From: Sphyrna mokarran
Lineage: Eukaryota
Assembly (NCBI GenBank): GCA_024679065.1
Contig: JAGIQG010000026.1
Location: 36,890,001-36,954,000 of the forward strand
Direction: 5' to 3'
Length of the DNA: 64,000 bases
A model generated the notes under the pieces. The model saw only the letters and a program-made list of their open reading frames with translations, did not search any database and was not told where the DNA came from. The translations under genes were made by a program, and so were the position numbers. How positions within the stretch are numbered: position 1 is the stretch's first letter; each line of letters starts with the position of its first letter. Positions 51,301-62,101 of the stretch are shown one piece after another.

Positions 51301-54300
51301 ATCCTTGAAGGCTCAGTGCTAAAATCCTCAATATTGCTCTAATTAAATTTCCTGAGGTCTTTATCTCTGTTAAAGGGACTACATAAATGCAAGTTCTGTG
51401 CTAAAAATGAGCATCCTATGATTAGCAGTACTTTGCTTATCTTTACCTGGTCCTTCACTGGGGTAACGTAACCCTTGGGACGCCAGTCAACAGCCAAAGG
51501 CAGTTCAACATTCTTCTGTGCTATAAACACTTTGTATGTCAAGTTCCCAGCTTCCTTTTTGTTGAACTTATTCAAAAACTGTCCAAACTCCTTAGTGGTC
51601 TAAAAAAATCAAGAAAATCTGAGTTTTATTAATCACAATATACATGGGTTCAATGTATGATATGACTTATGTACATCATTTCAATAAATCCTCATCATTA
51701 AAATAATGGTTTAGGATTTGCTGGAAGGTAGATGATCCAGTGAGTTTTAGCAGTGGAATGAAGTGGACAGCAGCCTTTAGAAGATGGCGCATGAGAAATT
51801 GGAGCAAAGTGGGAATTTGGTTCAGAGAAGAAGTTTTTGCTTTTTTGCATTCTAACTTTCTCACCCTTCAGAAAGTAGTCTTGTCCTCCGGCAGGAGTGG
51901 AGGAATATTTGGTGAGTATTTCAGCCACTGTGAGGCAGTGATGGAGAAATAAAGAAACAAATGATGCAGTCACGAGAAATTGGTAAGTTGACTGGCCAAT
52001 AAGTACTCAGTGCCAGGGGTAGTGAGTGAAAAACTTGTGTCTGAAGTAAAGGAAAGTTGGAGCCAAATATAGTGATGCAAGTAATCCAAAATAGAATAGA
52101 TTTAACATAAAGGATGTAAACAGAATGCACTTAGGGTTTAAAACACTGTACAATTTGGTGGTTATTTAACAAAAATGTACAAAAAGCACCATAAATAGAT
52201 AAATAATTTAATTAAATAATTATACAAAATACATTGAGGATGGTAGCATTGTGATGTATCGAGGTTGCAGCATCTGAGAACTCATGGATAACATTGTGAT
52301 TCACAGCAAACCCACTTGCAGTGAGTGTTTGCAGCTTGAGGAACTTTAGTTCAGATTTATTGAATTGGAAGCTGAGCTGCAAATACTGCGACACATCAGG
52401 GGAGGCTGAGAATTACCTGGACGCTTTGTTTCTGGAGGCAATTACACTCCTAAGATTCCTAAGGGCTTCTAGTTTAGAAAGTGGGCAGGGACGAAGTGGG
52501 TGTGGCCGAAAGTGAGGCAGGTAAGGAAACGCAGAGAGCAGGAGTGTCAGCCTCTGCAATTGTTCCAACGGGTTAAAGATTCTTTGAGCTTGTTTGAGTT
52601 TTATTAATCATAACATACATGGGTTCAGTGTATGATACGTACATCATTTCAATAAATCCTCATCATTAAAACTGGGAGTTGCAGGGTGAGTGAGCTGGCT
52701 GGCCATGGTACAGAAAGTTGGGAGAGCAGATAAGAATGTCATGGTATTGGATGCATTGCTCTGTAGCAAGGAGCCAGAGACCAGACGGCTGCGTTGCCTG
52801 CCCAATGCCAGGGTTAGAGACATCATCTCAGGACTGGAGATGAACTTGCAGTGAAAATAAAGAGAAAACATTCATTAATGAACGTAATCAAGAATTAAAG
52901 AGAAGCGCCTTTCTCAAAAGACTGCTTAGAGCGTGGAACTTGGTACCAAATGGAGTTGCTGAGGCAAATAGAAGGAATGTTTTTAAAGGGAAGCTGGATA
53001 AACACGAGCTTAATTTTTCTGGCCATTCACAGTAGTGGGACCCACTGGTCCTGCTGATGGCATATCCCCCTCCCCTGCCCCACCCCCCCACCCCACCCTG
53101 CCATGGGTTTCACAATGGAAACCCTTTGACAATGATGGCACCATTAGCTAATGACAGGTTACCTTCCTCCACTGGGAAATCCCACCTATGAGCAAGAAAT
53201 GGTTGGAAAAATAAGTTAAATAAGGAAGGCTGGGGATTGTGGGGGTGTCCATGTGGAGCATAAACACTGATTGGCTTGATGGCCTGTTTCTTTGCTATAA
53301 ATTTGATGTAATTCCATGAAATGTAATTCTGTACATACCAGATCTCCAAACTGATTCATTCCCAATGTAAATGTGTGCTTTCCCATTGAGTGCTCCAGAT
53401 TGTGCTTTGCAATATATTTCATATTGTCCTCCCACACCATTCTTCTGTAATTTGCAGAATTCTGAAAAGTAATCCAACAAAATCCAATTCAAGTGCATTT
53501 TATTGTTGTAAATATTGGTAATATTTTAAAACTAAATTCCTGGAAAAAAAAATCCCTTTAACCCGTTTATCACTTCAAAACCAATGCATATTAAACCAAA
53601 GAAAAATTCTTGCAGTAAACTGTGAAGCTATAACTATCAGGGAATGCAATAAGGGCAGCATTGTAGCACAGTGGTCTGCACTGCTGTCTCACAGCACCAG
53701 AGCCCCGGGTTTGATTCCCAGCTTGGGTCACTGTTTGTGTGGAGTTTGTACATTCTCCCGATGTCTGTATGGGTTTCCTCCAGATGTTCCAGTTTCCTCC
53801 TGCAGTCTGAAAGGTGTGGCGGTTGATCTGAACAGGCGCCAGATTATGGCAACTAGGGGAATTTCACCGTAACTTCATTGCAGTGTTAATGTAAGCCTTA
53901 CTTGTGACTAACGTAAGGTGGTGTTTTTCGCCTTAGAAAAAAGAAATCCGAGAGGTAACTTGATGGAGATCTTTAAAATTATAAAGGGTTTCATAGGATG
54001 GAGGAAAGATATTACATCTTGTGGAGAAGTCTATAGCTATATAGGATAGTTACTACTAAATCCATTAGGGAATTTGAAAGAAAGTACCTCAGCCAAAGAA
54101 TGCTAAGTATGTGTTTAGAATGACAACAAATATTGAGGTAAGTAGCATAATACATTCAAGGAAAATCTGGATAAATACATGAGGCAGAAATGGATAGAAG
54201 GGTTTGCTGAAGGACTAGATGTAGAGGAATTGAAAAAGGATTTGTGTGGAGTATAAATGCCAGTACAGACCAGTTGGGCCGAATGGTTGTTTGTTTTTAA

Positions 54301-55650
54301 ACTCAGTGCTTAAATTCTTTGGAACAAGATATTGGTGAATTACTGCGGATGCCGGAATCTGAAAGAAAAACAAAAAATGCTGGAAAATCTCAGCAGGTCT
54401 GATAGTGTCTGTAGGAAGAGAATGGAGCCAACATCTTGAGTCTGGATGACCATTCATCAGAGCAGAAGACAAAGAAGATAGGATGAAATTGATACAGTTG
54501 TGGTGAGGGGTTGGGGAGGGGAGTGGCAGTGAGCAGGGGAAGCCGTGGGGGCTGATAGAGAGTCAGCACTTGGTGGAGACAAGAGAGATTGACAAAGATG
54601 TCATAGGCAAAAAGACAAAGAGAATGCAAATGATAGTAATCTTAGTTAAGAATTAATTCAGGTGAAGACTTGCTCCCTGTTGACCAGCCTATCTCAGTTA
54701 GACAGTTGTAAAATCTTTTGAATTTTGGATGCATTAATGCAAGCTTTCATTTTCTCTCAGTCAGTGAAAGGACTCTTCACCCTCAGGGCCTCAGAGTTAT
54801 GGGCAAACCTTCCTTTGTTACAATGAGCTTTGTGGTTCCCTAATACAAGCATTTCATTCAACCTCCAGTCAGGAGGCCAAAGTGTTGCTGGACTTCAGCC
54901 ACAATAGGAGACTGACTCGATGCTCAGAAATTCTGCTGATGTATGAAAATGCCCTTGATCAAATTACATTGATCATCTGCCCACTTCCACTCAGCAAACT
55001 GCCAATTCCAGTGGCTGACCCTGCTGGGAAACTCTAGCCTTTTCCAGCCCTTCTGCTATGGAAGCCTCTCATCTGGACTCTCTGTTCAGTTATTCCACCT
55101 TCCGATCCTTTAGAATGCATAAGCACCAAGTTATCAAAATTCCAGAACCATTATGCCATTCTGCAGTAAGTCCTGCTCACTAGTTATCCCAGCCTCAGAT
55201 CCATAATTGCTGGTCTATCATTCCTCTATGCCCAATCACTTTAAATTCTTATCCTTCTTCACATCTTGCTCTCCTCCATTTCTGCTCCTTTCTTACAACT
55301 GGAACTGACACTGAAAATTGTGTCTTGCATAGAATAAGGTCAATCCACAGGACGCTGCTCAATTTCCCCACTGAGAAGCTCAAACTTCACCCCCTGTACT
55401 TCTGACCTCTTTCATCCCCTTTTCTCAGTGAAAACATTCAAGTCATTTTGATGAGCAAGCAGCAGGAAATCATAATAGCTGCTCAGTAAGTGTCAGTTCA
55501 GAATTTACTGCTTCTTACCTTTTCGTACTGCTTTTTATGAAATGACTTCCAGCTGAACCAGGCTTCATCCAGAGTTGGGTCAAACATGGAGCTGGAAACT
55601 GTTGTTAGGATGAAGAGGAGCTCACAGCCCACAATCAAAGAGAATTTCAT
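45273..55650 (-). CDS. Cathepsin L-like (L/S/K clade, C1A) preproprotease, gene B; join of 7 coding exons, 333 aa
   Basis: Exons 55519-55650, 53339-53461, 51447-51599, 50445-50666, 48143-48308, 46850-46955 and 45273-45372 sum to 1002 nt in an open frame with GT-AG introns; catalytic residues intact. Confidence 0.96.
45474..45695 (+). mobile_element. V-SINE with alternative tail, gene B intron 7
   Basis: B-box ggttcgatccc, V-domain, gcagtgttaatgtaagcttacttgtgact tail. Confidence 0.8.
46332..46648 (+). mobile_element. HE1-like V-SINE
   Basis: Head, V-domain, ctatgattctatg tail. Confidence 0.88.
46850..46955 (-). CDS. Gene B exon 7: (G)[34 protein letters not shown](S)
   Basis: 106 nt; CAG acceptor, GTACGG donor. 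Confidence 0.96.
47470..47960 (+). mobile_element. RTE-clade LINE RT fragment
   Basis: [35 protein letters not shown]. Confidence 0.75.
48143..48308 (-). CDS. Gene B exon 6: DGDCKS...[20 protein letters not shown](G)
   Basis: 166 nt; TAG acceptor, GTAAGT donor. Confidence 0.96.
49573..50420 (+). mobile_element. CR1 3' end with a long 3' region containing a V-SINE core
   Basis: ORF2 end ([25 protein letters not shown]) stops at 49863; V-domain about 50155-50250; CR1-type tail gggctgaagggcctgtttcc..gttctttgtt. Confidence 0.75.
50445..50666 (-). CDS. Gene B exon 5: [10 protein letters not shown]...GCNGGYK...YPYTAK
   Basis: 222 nt; CAG acceptor, GTAACT donor. Confidence 0.97.
51447..51599 (-). 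CDS. Gene B exon 4: TTKEFGQ...[19 protein letters not shown]
   Basis: 153 nt; TAG acceptor, GTAAAG donor. Confidence 0.96.
51620..52671. repeat. About 80-bp direct repeat pair (51620-51703 and 52595-52671)
   Basis: tgagttttattaatca..catgggttca..gtacatcatttcaataaatcctcatcattaaaa occurs twice, with one 7-nt indel. Confidence 0.93.
53339..53461 (-). CDS. Gene B exon 3: [41 protein letters not shown]
   Basis: 123 nt; CAG acceptor, GTATGT donor. Confidence 0.95.
53653..53911 (+). mobile_element. V-SINE with alternative tail
   Basis: Head, V-domain, gcagtgttaatgtaagccttacttgtgacta tail. Confidence 0.85.
54340..54640 (-). mobile_element. Penelope-like terminal fragment
   Basis: Minus strand ctgatgaatggtcatccagactc..cagacctgctgagattttccagcattttt; similar motifs at about 10530-10610 and 35025-35185. 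Confidence 0.55.
55519..55650 (-). CDS. Gene B exon 2: [44 protein letters not shown]
   Basis: ATG at 55650; acceptor AG at 55661-55662; donor GTAAGA; signal peptide. Confidence 0.94.
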
Positions 55651-55789
55651 GATGCACAGTCTGTTGGAACAAAGGCAGTTTTGTAATATCAATACAAAGT
55701 GACATTCACAGGTCATACTGGAAAAGTATTTTAAAGTGTGGAGTGTAAGCATTATCTTAACTCACCAAAATATTTAGCTGACTCATGGG

Positions 55790-57140
55790 GAATAAAGACA
55801 GTAACATGGGAATGGAATTGATTGAGTGACAGGAAACAGTGATGGTGAACGCATGTTTTTAAGACTGCAGGAAGGTTTGTAATTCAGTTCCCCAGGTGTC
55901 AATGCTGGCACCCTTGCCTTTCCTAACACCTATTGGCTTGTTATGTACTTGATGTGTGTGCTTTATGTTGCAGTGGCGATGGCTCATTGATGAGATCTTG
56001 AGGCTAATGTTTCCAATAATGTTTATTGGTAGGCTTTAGCTATTTAACTGGCTCGGGTCACCGTCTGCATGGAATTTGCACATTCTCCCCATGTCTGCAT
56101 GGGTTTCCTCTGAGTGCTCCAGTTTTCTCCCATAGTCCAAAGATGTGCAGGTTAGGTGGACTGCCATGCTAAATTGCCCCTTAGGGACTAGCTAGTATAA
56201 GTGCATTGGATGATGGGGAAAGGGCTTGGGTAGAATTGTGGTCAGTGCATACTTGATGGACTGAATGGCCTCCTTTTGCACTGTTGGATTCAATGATTTA
56301 CAGTTCCAAGTATGTTCCTCATGGGATTCCTCATCATAATGAAGGCTGGCTGCTTACAGAGTTTATTCTAGACTATTCTCTAATCATGTGGGCAGTGCTG
56401 ATCTTCAATCCCATGTTATCCTTGCTCTGCTGAACACTTTTATATTATAATGCATGCAGGCACATTTCATCATTTTTTAATATTGATCTAGACTTTAATG
56501 TGAAGCTTTTCAAAATTTGCAGATGATACAAAATTTGGAAACAATGTGAAGTTTGGAGAGGACAGTGTAGAACTTCAAAGGGGCGTAAGCAAGTTGGTGG
56601 AATGGGCAAAACAGTGGCAGATGTGAAGCGGTTCATTTTGGCCGGAAAACATGAAAAGACAATGTAAAATAAAAGATACAGTTCGAAAGGACTGCAGGAC
56701 AAGAGGAACCTGGGTATAAATGTGCATAAGTTATCAAAGGTAGCAGGACGAGATGAGAGAACAGTCAATAAATATACTAGGTTTTATTAGCAGGGGCATA
56801 AAGTACAAGAGCAAGGAGGCTATGTCAAATTTGTATAAGCTATTAGTTTGGTCTCAGCTAAAGTATTGTGTCCAGCTCTGAACACCAGATTTAAGGAAGG
56901 ATATTAAGACAATGGAGACAGCACATAAAAGATTCATGGAAATAATTCTAGAAAAGGGGAACTTTGGCTGTGAGGAGAAATTGGAGAAATTAAAACTGTT
57001 TGCCTCAGAGAAGAAATGGTTGAGAGGAGACTTGGTAGAAGTGTTCAACATCATGAGGGGTCTGGGCAGAGTAGAAGGAGAGAAACTGTTCTCAATTGTG
57101 AAAGGATTGAGAATGAGAGGGCACAGACTTAAAGTAATTG
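55790..57140 (+). mobile_element. Old CR1 RT fragment in gene B intron 1, with an inserted V-SINE (about 56050-56297)
   Basis: KFADDTK and LRGDLVEVFNIMRG remnants. Confidence 0.75.
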
Positions 57141-57985
57141 CAGGGAGAATGCCACTTAATCAGTTGCCCATTCGGAGGGCTGACGCAGGCATGGTGGGTT
57201 GGTCACAAATTACTTTTTAGGAAAGAAATCTGCCATCTTTACTGGGTGTGGCCAACATGTGAGTCCAGACCCTTGGTGATATGGCTGAGCAAACCAGTCA
57301 GTTCGGGAGCAATTAGGAATGGGCTTTGCCAGGGATGCACATACCATATCAAAGGATAAATTAAAAGATCAATTCAATTGACTTTCGTTTGATTGTTGTA
57401 AAACAAAGAGTGGAGTTTTGTTGAGTGGAAAGTGATTCTGTTGTAGAATTACCATTTACAAGAGAGTTGAAAGAGTGAAGGAAACCCTGAGTTCTGAGAT
57501 GCTTGAAACAGAATGGGTAGACTATTTTATGAGTTGCCCAAGAGTTTGGAGAGGTGCCCTGAATATGTGCCCCAGATATGGGGGCAATATTCACCATCAT
57601 GGCAGATCTGACTTCCAAAACTAATAGCTACTGGCAGAAAAAGAAGAAGAAAGCTAAGCTTCTTTCACACCATGAGCTTCCCAGAGGAACTGTTTTCCTC
57701 CTGGACTTTGTCAACCAACCTTGACCCCAATCACTGCCCCCATCTCACCTCCAGATGAGAAACACCATTGCAGTGTATTTTTCTGATAGGGTTCAGACCT
57801 GCCTCTTGGTCTACCTTTATAAGATGCTCAGTCTGCTAATGTTAACTTCCTAAACAAATAAAAAAAATCAACGTTTTTAAAGATCTCAACACTTGTACAT
57901 TTGGAAATGTTGCAATTTTGTTTTCTACAAATGTTCCAGTCAGAAAAATATATAATGAAAAAGAATAAATGATCAGCAAGCTTAC

Positions 57986-58056
57986 CTTCCAGGTCTCACG
58001 GGCTCGATCTCTCCAGGCGATGTGCCTACTGGGATTATATATGTACATATATATAT
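57986..58056 (-). promoter_or_regulatory. Gene B core promoter and short non-coding exon 1
   Basis: TA-rich boxes (TATATAA at 58035-58041 and a TATATATA run around 58048-58056), then a short GC-richer stretch ending CTGGAAG|GTAAG at 57986. Confidence 0.7.
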
Positions 58057-58514
58057 CCTTCCTCATTGCCTTCCCATGCTAGGATGTTTCCAGATACAAT
58101 TGATTGGCGGGTGAAGGAGTCACTAAACTGACATTTCAGATACATGTTGTGAAAGAGAATATTCCGCAGTGTTGCTGAATGAGTTGGATCTTCCAATAGA
58201 GGCAAACAAGCTTCAAAAAGTAATTCATGTGAAGCACTCAGAGACCTTTCTAAGATACAATATCCATGCAAGGTCTCTTTATATCAATCTTCATTGCTAA
58301 AGGACTGTTAACATCTCAATTACCTTCCTCTAATGGAGGAACTTAAATCCAGCCTTGGCACTTTTTTTCTATCGTCCTTTGTGTTGGACTGGATGGGTGG
58401 CAACATCTGAAACTAGACAGAGGCAGGAATAACGATGAACAGAAAGAGATGTCTATGTCCCCTCGTAGTAAATGTCTGGACTCCCCATTTCTGAAGGTGC
58501 TGGTTCCTTCTGGA

Positions 58515-58935
58515 ATAAGAACATAAGAAATAGGAGCAGGAGAAGTCTGCCCCCCCATTCAATAAGATCGTGGCTGATCTGAAATAGATCAGTTCCACTT
58601 TCCCGCATGCTCCCCATAACCCTTAATTCCCTTGTCTATCAGAAATCTACCTACCCGTGACTTCAACATATTCAACGAGGTAGCTTCCACCACTTCAATG
58701 GGCAGAGAATTCCAGAGATTTGCCACCCTCTGAGAGCAGAAGTTCCTCCTCAAGTCTGTTCTAAATTGCCCCTACTTTATTTTGAGGCTGTGCCCTCTAC
58801 TTCTGGTTTCCTTTCTAAGCGGGAAGAATTTCTCTACTTCTACCCTATCTAGCCCCTTCCTTATCTTGTAAGTCTCTATAAGATCCCCCCCTCAGCCTTC
58901 TAAACTTCAATGAGTACAGGCCCAATCTACTCAAT
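58515..58935 (-). mobile_element. CR1 3'-end fragment
   Basis: LSRLGLYSLKFRRLRG remnant and cttatgttcttat tail. Confidence 0.8.
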
Positions 58936-59251
58936 ACAGCAGTAAACATCCTCACTAATCTTGTTTGTAGCCATTCTTTATGTGTGATCCTGCACACTGC
59001 AGACACAGAAACTTGAGCTGGTCCCAAATGAACCCCCATACATTGGGTAGTTTTCACTCTGCTTAAGTGGGGTTAGTGAATGACAGGATATCTTAAATCA
59101 CTAGGAATAAGAATCAGGTAGGGTGTAAATGAGACAGCTGATTCACTTTAGCACAAATCCACCAGCAAGGATGACTGAGTAGCAGGAGCTTTTTCAGATT
59201 TCTCTCTCTCCTCCAAGGGCACATCATAACATCAATTTGAGTGCACACACT

Positions 59252-60055
59252 GGGGGCAATTTTATGAAAAATTTCAGTGTCTGGCAAGTGTGAAATCAGA
59301 AGGGTTTCAGATCCATTTTTTTGGGTGACCTCAAATCAGGATCTTAGGCACATAGAAAAATAAAAAATGGGCTTGACCATCTCTAACTACTAGAGGGAGT
59401 GGACAGGCTGTAGTTCACCATCAACCCAGCCGCAGAGGGAGCCATTGCGCATGCGCAGACATTTGTTCGTACATGAGCAATGGCAACCAGCAGAAAGATG
59501 ACAGATCTGAGAAATCTGCCAGTTCTCTGCAACTGCAGCCAGTTTCAATATAGCTCCGCCTGCTCCCACTGCTATCCTCGAGCCCCCCTCCCCCATAGTG
59601 AGCATTCCCACCCCATTGCCCAGACTGCCCCTGTCAGCCTGGTGGGCACTGCCCGGGCACCCGGTGGGCATTGCCAGACTGGCACTGGCAAAGGGGAACC
59701 CCCACCCTTGACTTTGACCACCCCGGGGACCTCAAAGGTCTCCAGTTGCAGTGAGGCCATACATGGAGATCAACTGTCATCCTTGCCAGAGAATTCCTTT
59801 CATGCCGAGATCACAAAGGCAAATGAGGCATTTGCATGCTGGGCTTGTCAATTACATGCAAATGTTTTAAATATATTTAAATAATTTATTCAGCTTCTCA
59901 CTGGAAATGGGCAAGAAGCTGAACACATCAGAGATCTGATATCAATAAGATTGCGAGAGGTGAGAGATCGGGCACGAATCTGATTTCTTGGCTCTCGAGC
60001 AATTTTACCAGTTCACCTCACCCATTGATGGACGGGAGAGGTGGTAAAATCCCCC
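59252..60055. mobile_element. Possible non-autonomous DNA transposon (Harbinger-like MITE)
   Basis: Imperfect terminal inverted repeats gggggcaatttta / ggtaaaatccccc around a GC-rich interior. Confidence 0.45.
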
Positions 60056-60519
60056 ACGTTGTCTCAGCAGTGATTATCGAATTCAATATAAGCTAGGGAT
60101 CTTACCTGGGATCTTTCTGCCTGTATGAATCTGTACATTACTGGGATGTATCCACTGATTCATTTGAAGACACCCTCTGAACAGATATTAACATCTTCCA
60201 CACAGAGCTAGAGTAACAAAAAGACCAGTGCTGGCGGGTTCAAAATCACCAATAACGAAAGTTAAATTCAATATATTTGAACATTTTTCAGATGTGGCCA
60301 AAGAAACATGCCAACTTATTATAAAAACCCAAACTGATTCACTAATGTCCTTCAGAGAAGGGGACAGAGCTCAGCCATTTCACTACAGTGACTTCAATCT
60401 TATAAATTCACCATTAAAGTCATCTGAAGTGCTTAAGGTAGGAGCTGGAGTGGGTTATTCGGCCCTTCAATAAGGTCATATCTGATTTCCTACCTCAACT
60501 CCACCTTTCTACGTGAGCC

Positions 60520-62101
60520 CAGCTTTAAGGAACTGGGTTTGTCCGTCACAGATGGAAGTTATGGCTGTGGTGGTCACAGTTGCTGAAAAACTCGAGCAAA
60601 GCTGACAGCTGACAAACATCACACTTGTTCCACAATGCTACAAAAGTGGCCTCATTCTTTAATGTTAAGTAACCATTATATCGTTAGGAATTAAAAATCT
60701 GTCAGATTTCTGTCTTGAATAACCTGAACAACCAAAGCATCCACCACTGTCTACAATAGAAATTTCCAAAGGTTCGCCATCATCTTGCTGAATGAATATC
60801 TCTTCATCTGAGTCTAAAATGGCCCACCTCTTACCCTTAGGATGGCATGATGCCCCAATGGTTAGCACTGTTGCCTTACAGAGCCAGGGACTTGAATTTG
60901 ACTCCCTGCTTGGTTCACTGGCTGTGTGGAGTTTGCATGTTCTCCCCATGACTGTGTGAGTTTCTTCTGGGTGCTCTGGTTTCCTCTCACATTCTGAAAG
61001 ACTTGCTGGTTAGGTGCATTGACTCGCAAACAGGTACCAGAGTGTGGTGACTAGGGGAATTTCACAGTAACTTTACAGAAAGTCTTACTTGTGACTAATA
61101 AATAAACATTACGTTTTAATTCATTTACAGAATGTGGGGATTGCTGGTTGGGCCAGTATTTATTGCGCATCCCTAACTATTGAATTGAATTGTGTGGCTT
61201 GCTAGGCCATTTCAACAGGCACTTCAGCATCAACCACATTCCTGTTACATGTAGGTCAGACCAGGAAAGGACAGCAGATTTCCTTCGCTAAAGAATATAA
61301 GTGAACCAGATGGGTTTTTATGACCATTGATTGTGGTTTTATTGTCATCATTGGACTTCTAATTCCAGATTTGGACTGAATTTAAATTCCTCCATCTGGA
61401 TTTGAACCCGGGTCCTCAGAGTATGACTCTGGATCTCTGGATTACTGGCCCAGTAGAAGTCTCACAATGCTAGGTTAAAGTCCAACAGATTTTTTTGGGA
61501 GAAAAACCATTAACTTTTGAAGCACTGTTTCTTGATCAGATGTTGTGAGGTTTCTTAGTGTGTTTACCCCAGCCCTATCTCCACATCACTGACCCAGTGA
61601 CAGTGCTGCCTCATCCTGAGACTATGACCCCCATGTTATAGATTCTCCAATGATTTTAAATATTTCTCAGTGCTGACTCTGCCAAAGCCCTTAAGAAGTT
61701 TATATAATTAAATTAGACCACCTCTTATTCTTCTAAACTCCAGGGAATGTGGGTTTTTCTATTCAATACCTTGTCTATGGAACTGTTCAGTTTTGGTGTG
61801 GAAAATGATTGAAGGCTTACTCATATCACCCACATTGCAAGAACTTAATAAAAACCCCATTCATTTATAATGATGTAATGATATTCTGAGTGTTATTTGT
61901 TCAGTAAATATCATTAACACAGATGCTGCTTCCACAATCCAATGCCTTTACTTAACATTAAAGAATGAGATCACTTTTGTAGCATTGCAGAACAAGTGTG
62001 ATGTTTGTCAGCTGTCAGTTCCTGCTGGAGTTTTTCATCAACTGTGACCATCACAGCCATGACTTTCATCTATGACGAACAAACCCAGCTCCTTAAAGCT
62101 G
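60520..62101. repeat. About 153-bp inverted repeat pair (60520-60672 and 61948-62101)
   Basis: About 90% identical by manual alignment. Confidence 0.95.
60841..61107 (+). mobile_element. V-SINE with alternative tail, nested in CR1
   Basis: Head, V-domain, ttacttgtgactaataaataaa tail. Confidence 0.85.

Noticed and set aside
60520-62101. The inverted pair as terminal repeats of a DNA transposon
   Set aside because: No target site duplication; the CR1 continues from outside the left arm into the interior; no transposase remnant.
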